Notes: generated by a model from the letters alone, not told the origin. A stretch of 64,000 nucleotides of DNA from Girardia tigrina (GCA_001938485.1 MQRK01232790.1:18114-82113), one strand, 5' to 3'; shown: positions 1 to 14,330, counted from the stretch's first letter. Numbers and translations: made by a program.

Positions 1-11
1 TTTGGGTACCC

Positions 12-14
<3 letters not shown>

Positions 15-58
<44 letters not shown>
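15..58. repeat. (TA)n microsatellite
   Basis: Direct reading. Other (TA)n tracts lie at about 9601-9621, 17660-17775, 23016-23045, 35012-35137, 36763-36879, 38937-38970 and 39210-39256; three contain N gaps. Confidence 0.95.
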
Positions 59-60
<2 letters not shown>

Positions 61-124
61 TGTAAATGCTAATTTTGATATTTTTGAAGTATTATTTTGT
101 TAAAGCATTTTTAGGGAACTGATT

Positions 125-166
125 ATGTTACATATTTTGGAACTTAATTTTTCCATCATCACCAAT
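125..166 (-). ncRNA. Degenerate minimal hammerhead ribozyme (Penelope-type remnant)
   Basis: Minus strand reads attg GTGATGA t GGAA aaattaag TTCC AAAA tat GTA, with two core mutations. The flank 58-166 resembles 38971-39075. Confidence 0.45.
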
Positions 167-199
167 TATAAGGTAATGTGTAAGATAAGCAAATGCTAA

Positions 200-812
200 T
201 TAATTGGCAGACTCAAAGAAATGAAGGATACAGAATCGCAAGCCCTGTTGAATTAGGAAACTACCCAGACTACACATTAACTGACTTTACAACTTAAAGT
301 GAATCATTACATTGTTTTTAAAAAGAATATAAGCCATGAGAAACATTCTGAAGGTTGGAAGATAGTTGCCACTTCAGCTATCTCTCAAATATTGCTCAAA
401 GATTGAGTTTATGTTTCTTGCTTTATGCACGTCTAGAGGGAAAATCGTTTCTTTGACGAATTGTTACTGGTGACGAAAAATGTGTGCATTAAGAGAATCA
501 GAAGCGCAAAGGGTAATGGCGGACTATGGCTAATCAACAACCTAAACTTCCAAAATGAAAATCAAAATGAGAAAGATGAAAATTAGAGGGAACCAGATCT
601 GAATAATAGGCTGGATCCGGAAGAACATTTTTCCTTGCTGCAGCAACAGGGGGAAGAAGTGCCAGAGATCTTCCTGACACTATAACTAACTTGAGATCAC
701 ATTTGATTTTATAACTCAGTTTGAACACTTTTTCATTGTAGCTTTGGGTAGTAACTGTTTGTCCCGGTTTCAGAAACTCATAGTAAAAGCACACCTTTTT
801 GCATCAATCTGG
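200..812. mobile_element. Decayed mariner (DD34D) transposase with its two halves in opposite orientation
   Basis: + strand about 440-545 gives RIVTGDEK. - strand about 570-812 gives QKGV..YYEFLKPGQTVT and VLPDPAYYSDLVPSNFHL. Confidence 0.75.
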
Positions 813-991
813 GGATTAATTGGTTCGAGTTTGGGGCAAAGGCCGCCATATTAGAGGTTCTTGGAACATCGTCCGAATAATTACTATGAGTTATTTCAGA
901 CATCAAAACTTTTATTATACAACAAAAAATGTTTAAATCTAATATTTAAACAAACTTATTATTTTTTTGAGAAACAATTTGTTTTATAAAA

Positions 992-3726
992 TTAGTGTGG
1001 AGCCTGTACCGGGATGGGCGCTCTTCTCGGGCGACGGCATTGCTTTATGATCCAAAAATCAATGGGCTACGGGTCATTTCATTAATTCATTATATAACAT
1101 TATAAAACATACAAATAAGGAGCATGACACTTGTAAACAATGAAAACAGAAACTCAAATAAAGTTATAAAATCAAATTATTAAGAAACGAACATGTAATT
1201 CATAATAGGTTGAAAAAGGTACACGAATATATAATAGAAGCATAAGTAATTTGTGTTCATCCCCTCAAATTTTACATTAATTAAACATAAAATAAACAAA
1301 AAAATTAATTTTAAATTTATTTTTAATCATACTTAACACAATTTACATTTACTCATGAATCAATTTTAAAAGCCAATCAAGAAAGACTGTCAATAGTAAT
1401 TCAGTTAAGTGATAACTGGATCAGGATTGATGTAATCATCCATACAGTTCTCTTGACCGAAATAAATTTTATTTATAGACATGATTATAAGGAATTAAAA
1501 GAATGTAATCAACAAAATCATCAGATAGGGATGATCTCAATGGTTAGTGAATTAGTTTTTACACACTAAACACCTTTCAACTGCAACCTCATTCACAGTG
1601 GTTGTATTCACTTCGTGTTCTAAAAATAGTAACAATTATCTCGGAATTGAAATAACAGAATAGAATTCGCAGACGGCAATTAATTGCTTTAAATCGGGAA
1701 TGTGCAGAGCCTCCATTCATTTTAAAAGATATTTATCACATATAACAGTCATAGATACCTCTTGCCTCACAAAACGGTCGAGGAATACAAGACGATTAAG
1801 CAGAAGATTTCTGCAGTTCTCAGTCACAGCAACTACTCTGTTTCGACCACTTTCAACAGCAGTAACAACAACATTAGAAAATGCTTTGTAGACAGAAAAC
1901 CAATTACTGTCTTTTGTTTTTGTGATGTTTAAGTCTTCGATAAATAAAGATTCAGTCGCAATGATACTACCCATGTGGTTTAACAGCAAAAGATTATCGG
2001 AGCCATCGAGCTTGCACAAGTGTTTCTTCAAGTCTTTAAGTCGATCAAATACACTTTTCACCAAATCTAGCCGTAAAGTTTTACAACACCCTTCCAAATA
2101 TACTTCACTTAAATACGGAAGGATGTTTTCAGGAATTCAACATTGTCAAGGGAATCGCGGTAAATAAGCTCATCACGTGGGTCGCACACCGAAGGAGAAG
2201 GACAGTGGATTACTTTTAACAAACCTTTGCCATGGCAGCAACCATGCATCTTGTATTATCCATAAAGTTGCCAACAACGATGATTTGAAAATTGTACAGC
2301 TGAGTGAGAACATCAAGGATATGGTGCGAAATAGATGTCGCTGTTACGTCAGTATACACGAAACAGCGCATGAATATAGTCCTAGATGGTTCACGAGAGA
2401 ATAAATAAATAATAGACAAATGTTTGTACAGTATCCCTGCGTTTTCCCATCCATCAAAAGCCATTGTGGCTCAGTCTCCCTTGTAGTTTTCCACCAAATC
2501 GTCTTTGATAGCAGTAGTCATGTGGCGAAGATGACCGCGGACTTCACCCCAATTTATGGTTGCTAAAAAAACCTATTGAAATAAAAAGGTCTTCGAAGAA
2601 TTGGAGAGGCAGAATATGTTGACTGCACGCAAGTGTTAACTCGCATTTCTGTGCAGCGAACAATTCAATGTGATACTTAGAGTCTGGTTTAGAGTCTATA
2701 AATACTGTCAACACAAGAGTTAGCTTGTTTGATTTCATTTTTCTATTTTCCTTTGCTTAGAACACCTTTGAATGTTTGCTATTCAGATGCCGTTTTAGAC
2801 TGCTGGTGATGGTTTTTCGCAGGTTTTACACGAATTTTGTACGACACATCCTGCAGGAGGCTGAATTACCTGCGATATAGATGTCGTAGAAATGTGAGTA
2901 GGTAACACTATTGGGAAGCGAGCGAATTACTTCCGCCTCGGATAGCTTCTCCATATTTTCCTTATAGATTTGTGATTTATTTTTAAAAAAACTCAAAGAT
3001 TTGATAAAAGATATAAAAAATCAAGCGTTTAAACAAATGCTATAAAAACAATTATTGATATAAGAGTTTAGTAAAATTTAAAATTTTTGGAAGATTATTT
3101 GGGATGTTGTTTAATATATTTTAATATATTAATAAAAAAAATAAATTGCCTTTAATATATTTAGTTTAATATTTTTGGAAATATAAGTTTTTTTTTAAAT
3201 AAATAAAGTATATAATAATTTTTAAAATTAAATTGTTAAAATTTATATCATGTATATCATGTTAATTTAGATGCAGTTAGAATTCTGAAAATTTTCTGTG
3301 ATTTTTTACAGACTACCCCTTCATTTTTTAGTTAAATAAAAATCTTTGCAATTATTATATAATTAATTTTTTAATAAATTATAATTTTCGTATAAATTTT
3401 ACCATTTTTAAACAATTTTATAAAGTTTTCAAATTATTTAAAGTATTCAACTCAAATTTTCAAATTGTTAACAATGATGTATGATTTCTCCACTATATAT
3501 ATTTAACCTTTCTACCTAATCCTAACCCGTCTAACCAATTTCCAATCCCTTTATGTATATTCTTATAAGTATATATACTGGTCTGTTATGTATATGTAAT
3601 ATGAAATGCTAAAGCATTTATATATCTTAAACTCGTCTTCGGACCAGGCATCAAAGAACGGGCGCGGGAATGGGTACGGGCGTTAAATTTCCTAAGGGTT
3701 CAGACGCGGAACGGGCCCCACCATAG
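992..3726 (-). mobile_element. Degenerate hAT-superfamily transposon
   Basis: Imperfect 20-bp TIRs (14/20) and an approximately 8-bp TSD TTTATAAA. Minus-strand remnants include AFDGWEN, MDNTRCM, CATH (CxxH) and VAVERC (dimerization motif). An uninterrupted paralogous site lies at about 51943-52110. Confidence 0.8.
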
Positions 3727-5617
3727 TTTATAAATCTTAAACCGATATAAATAAAAATACTTATAAATATTCATATTTGATTTTTTTTATTACTTTTATA
3801 AATCAATTTCAAATTACGATAACATTTTTAAAAAATTAATAAAATTAAACGAAACTATTAAATATTTTAAAGTCGTTCCACGTATAAAAATTATACATTT
3901 TACGTTTTATATTATATTTAAAACTCTCAAAATTTTTTAATTATTAACGATTTAATTTATTAATTTAGATCTTCATAATTTTAGTAATTTATTTTTCCAA
4001 ACGTTACATATTTAATTATATATATAAATTTTAATTTGAACATATTTAAATTAAACTCCTTTCAAAAATTATCCTAGCATTTTTAATTCCTAACAATTAC
4101 TTTAGAGATTAGCCTTTTCTACTTTTCCTAAGATTATTCAATAAATTTTCTTAAAAAAGACCAAGAACTTTTGCATCAACCTAATAATTTTCTAAATAAT
4201 TTAAATATTAATTACATTTAGATTGTTAAGAATTTCCCGAAAGTATTTCTGGATATTAAGTTTCAGATCCTCTAATTAAATAGATATATTTGTTTGTATA
4301 TCTCCTCTGATCAATGTTAATCGTTAAAAAATAATCTTCTTTTTTGCAATCTCAATTTTATATTTTGATGTCAGATTTATTCAGAATAACTCGTAGTGTC
4401 AGTTAATGATTGAACTGGGAAAAGGATTTGGTAATATTTACGAGTTGATTTGACGGATGGATTCATTGAGTCTGAAATATTTAATCTATTTAAATTTCTT
4501 TCCCTCTAATTTGTGCACTCCCTAAATTCTGTCAACGCAACATGGTTAGATAAAATTTTGTATCAAAAGTAAGGAAAATGAAGGTAGAAACTATTACGAT
4601 GAATAATTTGCTTTGCCACTTCTTCCAGAGACGTTTCCCCATCCTCATTACGTCTAATAATTGTATCAGTAACACTAATTCGTCGTCTCATTTATTTCGA
4701 TGTCACTCTTTTTTCATAACCAGTTTTTTTTATTTGAAAAAGTTTTTTTTCGAATAAACTTTATAGAAAAAGGAATAAAATTTTGATCAGTTTTTACCGT
4801 AATTAATAGTTTATCTATTTTCATTTCTTCAATTATAATTCAATCTTATTCTATGTATTACCAATCTTTTTTATATAATTATGTATAGATTTGTTATGTT
4901 GAAAATATGGGAAGTGGGTTCTGAGGAAATTTGGAAATATTTACTTATTTTCAAATCTTAAAATAAATAAAATATACAAATATCGATTTCTGTAATTCCA
5001 TAAATATCATGTTACAATAAATCTTGGTAATAATTAATATGACTGGAAATCAGAAAATCACGAATATTTTAAAATATATAATCAAGGGAAACGGGGTCAG
5101 TCTAACAAACTAGTTTTTCTGAATGAGGTGCATCGGTATGAGGATGAATGAATAGTATTGGAGGAAGACAGGATCACCAGAATTAGAATTATTAGACGGT
5201 AAATTGATGGCTGTTTTCTCATCAGCAAACGGAGTCTGTATGATGAAATGTCATACAAAGATATCATGGAATCACAAAAAGGCAATGGTCGAAGTTTATG
5301 TTATTGAGAGTCTGGCACCAGTCTAGTATTGATGTCATATGGACGATGAGAAAGTTTGAAATCGGTTTGAAAGAAATATTTATGATTTATCTTGAAGACC
5401 AAGAGATAAAATTGATGATAAAAATCCCTTTAAGAAAACCCTAAAAATATTCTGAAGTACGAAAAATATTAATGGATTGATAGAAAAATATAGAGAAATA
5501 TTTAAGGTTTTACCATTTGAATTAGGGAATAAACAGATTGTCCATCTTTGTGGTACAAACATCATTATTGATTGTTATCAATACGCCTTTAACTTTGCAA
5601 TGTATTATTTTTATCAT

Positions 5618-6035
5618 TGTGAGGAATATTTTTGAATGGTGTTTATTGTGTGTTGTTTTAGGATTGTGTTTCTCCCACACAGATGGAAGATTGATATTTT
5701 AAATATTTTAAAACGTCTAATTAAAAAATTAAAATTTAAATATTAAAATTTAAACAACCAATTTTAAAATTAAATTAATATTTCATAAATAATATTTTAA
5801 TAACAATTTTCTTCAAATAACTAAAATTTATTTTTAATTTAAAGTATAAATTATTTTTGTATTAATTAAATTGTAATTTAAATTTGTTTGAATAATAAGA
5901 CTTTAAAGAATATTATTAAAAATTATCAATCAAGAACGATAACGCGCTACGCAAGTTTTACGGAGAATTGTTCTAGTGGCAATTCAAATTTTGATACAAA
6001 TAAGCGTAGTGAAAACTCAATTTATGTTATTAATA
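5618..6035 (+). repeat. Dispersed LTR-like repeat starting TGTGAGG (probable solo LTR)
   Basis: Co-linear with 17095-17415, sharing ctccca(c/a)ccagatggaagattgatatt and ggagaattgt(t/c)ctagtggcaattcaaatt. Related 5' parts occur at seven other positions. Confidence 0.55.
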
Positions 6036-6680
6036 ATCATAAAGTCTGAAATAGTATGAAAGTTCGTTGAAACTATCGCATGTGGTACCTACAAATGCGC
6101 TAAAATGACTGCGCAATTAACGAGTAAACTTTTAAAAAGATTAATATAATGGACCAAATAATGAAAAATATACAAATTTATTATCAATTAACAGTTGTAC
6201 AATTATCTAAAAGACACAGTTTAAATGTCAATATTAAGAGCAATCCATGCGAATAATCCTAAATTCGCGTACTTTATAAGTAAGAATAATTTCAGTAAGA
6301 CGTTTAGAAAATTGAACATACTTAGATTGGTTGGCGTTTTGATCAGAGATTTCAGTAAATATGTGACCTAAAGTTTGCTCTGTGAAGTCCTATTCAAGAC
6401 AAAAATGATCGACCCAGATGTAAATGGTGTGATGATGACAAGCAACAGATTACTAAAATTCATTATGCCAACCCTCAACTAAATTATTAGTTCGAGGTAA
6501 ACCTTCAGCAGCACGTCCTTGCATATTCCACATTGTGATAAGAAACAGCATTTTGCCACGTCAATTGCATCTTAAGCGACCAATATAGTTATCTTTCTAC
6601 TAATTATAAATATTTTCGAGACAGACATTAACGAATTAATAATAAATAATATTATTAATAAAAAAAATTTTTATAAAAAC

Positions 6681-7436
6681 TACCACGTTTTTCAAGCATT
6701 ACCAATGCACTAAAAAGAGGAAAATAATTTTTTTTCTAGACATGTGAGAAATTTTATANNNNNNNNNNNNNNNNNNNNNNNNNNNNNNNNNNNNNNNNNN
6801 NNNNNNNNNNNNNNNNNNNNNNNNNNNNNNNNNNNNNNNNNNNNNNNNNNNNNNNNNNNNNNNNNNNNNNNNNNNNNNNNNNNNNNNNNNNNNNNNNNNN
6901 NNNNNNNNNNNNNNNNNNNNNNNNNNNNNNNNNNNNNNNNNNNNNNNNNNNNNNNNNNNNNNNNNNNNNNNNNNNNNNNNNNNNNNNNNNNNNNNNNNNN
7001 NNNNNNNNNNNNNNNNNNNNNNNNNNNNNNNNNNNNNNNNNNNNNNNNNNNNNNNNNNNNNNNNNNNNNNNNNNNNNNNNNNNNNNNNNNNNNNNNNNNN
7101 NNNNNNNNNNNNNNNNNNNNNNNNNNNNNNNNNNNNNNNNNNNNNNNNNNNNNNNNNNNNNNNNNNNNNNNNNNNNNNNNNNNNNNNNNNNNNNNNNNNN
7201 NNNNNNNNNNNNNNNNNNNNNNNNNNNNNNNNNNNNNNNNNNNNNNNNNNNNNNNNNNNNNNNNNNNNNNNNNNNNNNNNNNNNNNNNNNNNNNNNNNNN
7301 NNNNNNNNNNNNNNNNNNNNNNNNAAAAAAATTCAGCTCAATTGGATGACTGAAAGTGGTCGAAAAATCAATCGCAAGATTTGTTCCAGACAAACAGACA
7401 AACAGACAAGAAAGCAAGCTAATAAAAACGTGGTAA
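6681..7436. mobile_element. Non-autonomous TIR element spanning an N gap
   Basis: taccacgtttttcaagc ... gctaataaaaacgtggta inverted termini, with a subterminal (CAGACAAA)n microsatellite. Confidence 0.5.
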
Positions 7437-7999
7437 AAATACACATATTTTCAAAAACATTTATTAACTTTATATTTCAAAAAATCTACATTTATCAGTT
7501 TTGACATCTCTTTTCAATCCTATATTAGTGCAAATTGTCAAAACGCGACGTTGTCGTCCGCGCATTTTCCAGGTCACGGTCGCATGTGTTGTAGAATCAA
7601 TTAAATTAAAATATCATAATGATACTTATCAGTTGAGCGATTTTGACCGTTTGAGTCTCATGTTTCTCAACTTCCTTCTTGGTCAAATACTACATTCACG
7701 AACAATCCCGTTTGGTTTCTAGCATTATTAACTTGGGACAAAAGTCTCCACGATTGTTATCATTCAACAAGTTAAAAGAAACTATAATTTAGTAAAAAAA
7801 TATTAATAAATAAAACAATTTAAAGCACTCAAAATATATTTTTTTTAGAGATATAGGAAACCCTAAACACGATAGGAATCATAAGAAGTTCACTTTCGAA
7901 TCGATAAGCAACGCAAAATCTTAAGTTTAAAATGCAGTATTTTAATAAATTTTGCATTGATTATACAGTAGCTATTCATGTTTATATTTAACAGAAATT

Positions 8000-8260
8000 T
8001 ATGTATGCGTTTTAAATCAAAAAGGGAATATTTTTTAAAGGAAACTTTATTTCACGATTTGTCAACCATTTTGATAAATAATCTTTGCTATCTATTGAAC
8101 AGTCACATTATTTCATCCTCCCGAAACTTTTTACCTTTCGCAACCATAAACTGAGAGAAATTCATTTTGAGGTCCTCCATAAAATCCAAGTTTTTATCAT
8201 TAAGAAAATTCTTTAAAACTCTGAATAAATGACAATCTGAAAATGCAAGATAAGATTATT
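8000..8260 (-). mobile_element. Mariner C-terminal remnant
   Basis: Minus strand resembles SDCHLFRVLKNFL and ends ...SKWLTN. Confidence 0.45.
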
Positions 8261-8746
8261 ATTGAAGGTTCATGAGTGTTTACAAGTAAAACTCCAAAAT
8301 TTTTTTCCATGTTAGCAAAGATTAAATGATAAAACACGTTTTTTTCTGCATTTCAATTTAAGTTACTATTCTTCAACTGTTCTCTTTTCCGGGTCTACTG
8401 GTGAGCATTACCAATAAAAATTAAATGTTTGGTTGTTTGGCTCAAAATAAAGGGTTTCTGTCTATCCTACAAAATGGAGAATGTGTTAGAGAAAGTTTAA
8501 CTTTTGCAATCTTCATCACCCCAGGATTTTCCATTTTTTATCTCCCATAATCTTTGTAATAAATGAATCATTTTCAATGCATTTTAGGTGCAAATATCAG
8601 ATTTTTTTACTTAATAAAGTTTAAGTAAATGAGAGTTTATGTAAAAATAATGTAAAGAATGTTAAGAAGGTTAATGTAAATAAATTGTGTTTGACATTGT
8701 TCATAACTCATCAAGGTTTTTTAGGACATGCCAAAATCCTCTTTAA

Positions 8747-8949
8747 CCCTAATTACCATTGAATGAGTCTTCGAAACTTATTTGGAAATTATCTTTAAAT
8801 AACTGCAACAAAATTATTTTTTGTATTCAGATATTTTAACGTATTATAATATTTACTCTTTATGTACGAAAATACGTTCTATTAATGTTTCACATATTTA
8901 CAAGACGATTCTCGAAATAAGCATGTAAAATGAACCTGGGTATTTAGGG
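8747..8949. mobile_element. piggyBac-type MITE
   Basis: TTAA-CCCTAA(T/A)TACC ... GGTATTTAGGG-TTAA. Confidence 0.7.
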
Positions 8950-9961
8950 TTAAAATTCATTAATTTATAAAAAAACAATAATGTATACAAAATTTTAAAT
9001 TATCCACGCAATAAATATGAATATTTAACGAAAAATATTTATTTATAATTTTTAATTATGTTATCAAGTTAGTTTATTTAAAATTAATGAACAAATAATT
9101 ACATTGGAATGGAGAGAAGAACAGACTGGTCAAATTTCAATCAACATACAATAAATATCAGACAAAACCGTCACATGGATATTTTCAATGTGTCAGCAAT
9201 ATCTCGTGTGGTATAATGAAGATGATTTTAAATTAATATCAAATAATTTAATATTGAATCATTTTTATAAAAATTATTAATTCAAAATTAGAAATTCTAG
9301 GAGCAGTTGATACTTTTGTTAAATTCGCAAAAAAATATTCAAACGATTGACGTTCCAGACAAGTTCAATTATTTCAGACCAGACGTATTTAATTTCTATC
9401 TGTGTCTTGGAATGAACCCCATCTTAATGTTAGACTACAGCAGCAATATGCACTTGTAAAATGAAGGAAAATAACCGGGAACAAATTTTAAAAAACATTT
9501 AACACCTGTTTCTTCGGCCTTTCAAAGATTTCAGCTCCCGCTGATCAACATGTAAATCAAAGTTTTCCGTGAAAATTATTAATAAGCTTTAGAAAATTGT
9601 TATATATATATATATATATATGAAAAATTACTTATGTTTCTTTTAGTTTGCGCACTTAAAAACAAATTAATTTTTCCAAAAAAATCGTATGTATAAAATT
9701 TAATAAAAGCACAGATCTTGATGTGCTCTACGATTCTTTAAAATAAGAGAGTCTTCGCCTGTTTTTTGGAAGAAATAAATCCCTGAGGACCTTCATGAAC
9801 ATTTTTTACATCACATGCTCTCAGTTATGATAGATTTCTAGAATTATTTATAACAAATTTACTATTTAAGCAGTGTTTTTTGTGTTAAACAAAAGTTTTT
9901 TTACCTTAACCTTTGGGTCAATAATACAGTAGCTTTTGTGGCTCGGTTATTACATATTTTT

Positions 9962-10300
9962 GAGTGTATCAGTAGGCAAGTAATCTGGTGGCGCCTATCT
10001 TATCTCCAGGTATACATGGCCATTGGCTCAATGGAGCTCATCCGCCCTTAGCCAGGTTTTCTTTTTCATCCTGTTGGGTGTTCTCACATCCTCTTCACTT
10101 AGGTTACCCTGGGTGAGGGGTCGCAAACCATCCGACCATAGGACAGATAGAATACGTTTACATGGTTCCTGTTTCATGTATGCATGCCTGACCTGTGTAT
10201 TCCTAATCTGTCACCCATATAAATACTAACTCGGCCGCAGCTTTCTTAACTTCGGCGATTTGTCGGGATCCGGTGTACTTAACCACGGCCATTGATTACA
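9962..10300 (-). mobile_element. 5S rRNA-derived SINE (SINE3-type) or 5S pseudogene with attached body
   Basis: Minus-strand 10300-10183 reads ACACCGGATCCCGACAAATCGCCGAAGTTAAG..GGCCGAGTTAGTATTTATATGGGTGAC..GGAATAC, co-linear with metazoan 5S rRNA including the A and C box regions. There is no oligo-T terminator, and about 220 nt of GC-richer body follows. Confidence 0.8.
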
Positions 10301-12367
10301 TGAGCAATATTTATTTCACTTTTTTGATTGTGCCTCGGATTGTTTGTTAAGTTGCCTTATCAACAGTAAACAATAAATTTGAATTTTCTATTCGGATTTC
10401 CATTTTCTTTTCATTTATATCAAATATTTTATAATTCTTTATTTTTTTAATTTATTTTAATTTTTTATTCTTTTATTTGTTTATAATTTTATATTTTAAT
10501 TTAAATTTTTCGATGTAACTTTAAATTATATAAAGATTTTACTCCTTCAAATATAAATAGTCAAGTACTACATTACTTTTCCAAAAATTTTATAAATAAT
10601 ATTGATATAGACACCTGAATGATGGGGCGGATCAAGGAATGCGAATAGAATTTTTTCTCTGTCAAAGAATGACACCACTCTCATTTCTTTCGAAGTTCGT
10701 TGAAATTATTAAATAAGTAAGTTATATATCAATAAAACACTTCCATTTGAGAAGCATATGTTAAACACCTTCATTTACCTGCTTCTGTATTTAAGGCTTT
10801 CGAGGATTCCTTACACTACTTCATTTCAGCAATGCTTAATGTGTCTTAAAATAGAGGTTCGTTATAGTCTATTTTTCAGAAACTTTTGTGAAAATAAGTG
10901 GTTAAAATCTGAGAGTATAAATCTGATTTGCAAATATCAAGATACATTTATCAATGAGCTCATAAATTTACAGGTTATTTAATAAATTGTAAATATAAAT
11001 AAATATTTAAATAAATTGTTATTTATTGAACATATACATTTGTCCACTGTGAAATAATAGCAAAGAATCGATATTGAACCTTTGGTGATGTTAGTTTAAG
11101 ATAATGGGAAGGATATGAAAAGCAAAAAGAAGTTGTGGAAACATTTCAACACCATAAATACAATAAATAATATTGATGGGGCATGTCGTCCACCTGCATG
11201 AATAGTGATTAGTAAAAACCATAAATCCACTGTATTATTTCAATCAATTAATGATAATTTTGGAAAGATAAAGGAGAAAATTAGTGAATTTAGTACTGAT
11301 GTGGAGAAACTAATATTTTCCTACTCTGAGCCCTACATTAGTAAACAGATGAATGAATTTGATGGTCATGTTACTGATAAGGTCGAAACCAACTAAACAG
11401 AAAGCACTTCTCGAAAGGGTCATTAAAGAGTTCCTCCCAGAAACTGGACATTTAAGAGGAAAGTTATAAAGAATTAGTTTGGTATGTGTAAACCGAAACG
11501 ATGTAATGAAAGCATGCTCTCTAGATCCTTTATACCAAATTAAAAATGACAAATCAATCCACTCAGGATAATGTTTTGAAGCCACCTACAATATTATATC
11601 TTTTTGTTGGGTATTAAATTATCTTTAATATGATTATTTACTTTTAAAACACAAATACAAATCAATATTTCGTGCGAGTTAACAGATTACAGTAAAGACT
11701 GTGAATCTTCCAAAACGAACGATGATTTGATTGAAATTTAAAATTTAAAAACCTTTTTCTCCCATACGGGTTACTTATGGTTTCATTAATAAAATAATAT
11801 TTTAAAGGATAAAATAAAAATAAAATAAATTTGGTATTCACTCTACTTGTTTACGTGAACTCTTCTTAGGCGAATTTTTCAGCAAATATTTTTGGGCAAA
11901 CTAAACTAAATTTGCTGCTGTTTATATAGTTATTTCGATCAGCCTTTAAAATTGATCAATTATAACAAAGACTAAAATATTTTTAATTTTAAATTCCAAA
12001 TTTTGTTAAACTAAATATTATTTTGTTTGAAATTAATAATTTTACTAAAATAATTATTTGAAAATTTTTCTTACATAAAATTTTATCAAAAGTGTTCTAA
12101 TGTATTTTTCGAAACCCTAACATTTTAAAAGAACGCTATATTTCTTTTTCATGTGGTGCTAATTGGAGGTAGCTTTTTCTATCGTTAACCAACCTACAAG
12201 TGTTATTAGATACGGACAAAATATATACTTAATACTGATAAATTTAAAAAACAATGGCAGTTGTTTTATAAAAATTGGAATACGCCCTTTTAAAATAAAT
12301 TTTTTTATTGATGCAATGTATTTCGAGCAATATATTTGATTCAATATATTTTCATTTTTTTATATTA

Positions 12368-12583
12368 CCGTATTTTCAGGGATAAAATCCACATATTCTT
12401 TTCCAGGCAAAAAGCATTTAAAGTAGACAAATTACACATTACCCGTTGGTTATCATCATAAAATGTTAGTTTCTATCATGTAAAGCATTTTTACGATATC
12501 CTACTTACTTTTACACCATGCTAGTGGCGTGAAGCCTAGGTAAAAGAGCAGATTACCCACAGGTTAAATGCGTGAAAATACGG
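12368..12583. mobile_element. pogo/Tc-like MITE
   Basis: TA-CCGTATTTTCA ... TGAAAATACGG-TA. Confidence 0.7.
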
Positions 12584-14330
12584 TAATTATTAAAAAATTT
12601 AAATATTATTATTAGCTGTATATTTAACAATCTTATAATGTTTTATGAGATTATAGTAAAATAAGTATTATTTATGTTGTAGATATTTTTTGTATTTGTA
12701 ATAATGATAATAAAATATTGCCAAATATTTTACGGATTTAAAATTTACGGAATTTACTTTGAGGGTTATCTGTAGGTTAAGTTACCATAAAATAATTATT
12801 ATTTAATAATGGCTTCCTTTACAGATAAAATATAATTATAATATGGGGACCGGCAAAAACAATTCGTATTTCTAAGTCAATAAAATCTACACAAAATATA
12901 ATTTGAAAGATTTATTTTTTGAAATTTAAATTTAAATCTTGATGTTTACCCTTTTGCCAGTGCAAAATTTCCCGAAGAAAAATCTACCTAAGAAATTTTA
13001 TATTTGATCTTCAGATATTTTCTTGCTGATTAAAACAAAATTGTTTTGTCGGACTCTATATTTTATAGTGTTAGATACAAATAATATAAAAAACTAATTT
13101 TTTAGTCGCGAATCCTTGCTATAATTAAGGAAACAGTTAGAGAAACATTAAAATCTTAAGAGTTAAAATTTTTTAAAAATTTTTTATTTCTTAAAATTTT
13201 CGTAAAATCTATGGAAAACAGACACCTTTCCTTTCTTCCTTTTTAGTTTTAAATATTGAATTTGTTAAGTAAAAATTAATATTAAATTTAATATAAATAT
13301 TGTCAAGAAATTTAGGGAATTCCGAAAACAAGTTATTGACTAAACGTTTTAAAAGGAAAAGTGAAAAAAGAACAACCTATTTTACGTGCACTTTGAGGGA
13401 TAAATGATTTAAATATCACCACAGTTTCATCACATGCCGAAGAAAGTTTATTTTTACCTCATAAATGTCAACCAAAACCAATTTGTGTTTCGTCTTCTTT
13501 TTGGCGAAACAATATTTATTTGGACTTACACTAAATTGCTGGTAATAATTTCTGTACTAATTTATTCAAGGGACATTTATTTGAACCATGTGAACAGCAA
13601 ATTGATCTAGGACCAGTTTCCATGCTTATGATTAAATCACTGAAACTAAAAAAAAGTATTTTAAATGTTAAAATAAATGAGGATACTAAAAAGAATTTTA
13701 ATTTTTTTGATTCAATAAAATTTAATTATAACATCATTATAAATCATTATAAATTGTGTGGTTTATATCGCTTTCTCTCCAGAATATTAGAACAAGAAGA
13801 AATTTTGAAGTAATAGTAAAAATTTGGAAATAAAAAATGGAGAAGTATTAAAATTGTACATATTTTAAAGTTTACTATATTTACTAATATATTCTATAAA
13901 TTGAAAACATGATCACCATTTATTTATACAAGTAACAAACTGAAATATACAACCAACCAACCAAATATACAAACAACCAATCAAATCACTCTGACAATCA
14001 TCGAAAACACATTAGAAACCTTCATCGTTACCTTAAAAACGATCAAATCACCTTGTTTTTATCAACAAAAAAAACTCGTGATTGAAAGTTATGGATTGAT
14101 GTCCGTGTAGATAAAGACGTGTTATTAAAAAAAATATATTTTATTCGTCCATCTATTTTTTCTTCTCTAATTATTTTTTTGGATTGATGACTGATATCGA
14201 CGAGAGACTCCTTTTGACGTCTTCCATATCGACGTCTCAAAATATCGAACCGAATACAATGTACCACCGACAAAAGTAATTTACATTTCAATGCATTGTC
14301 GTATGCGGTATGTTATTTCAGCTTTGTGCG

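Noticed and set aside
6710-7444. Long ORFs of 244 and 201 aa, and similar YIYI ORFs at 17591, 34976, 35004, 36697 and 36751
   Set aside because: Artefacts of N gaps and (TA)n repeats.
10183-10300. Functional 5S rRNA gene
   Set aside because: Diverged termini, mutated C box and no oligo-T terminator; treated as a SINE head or pseudogene.
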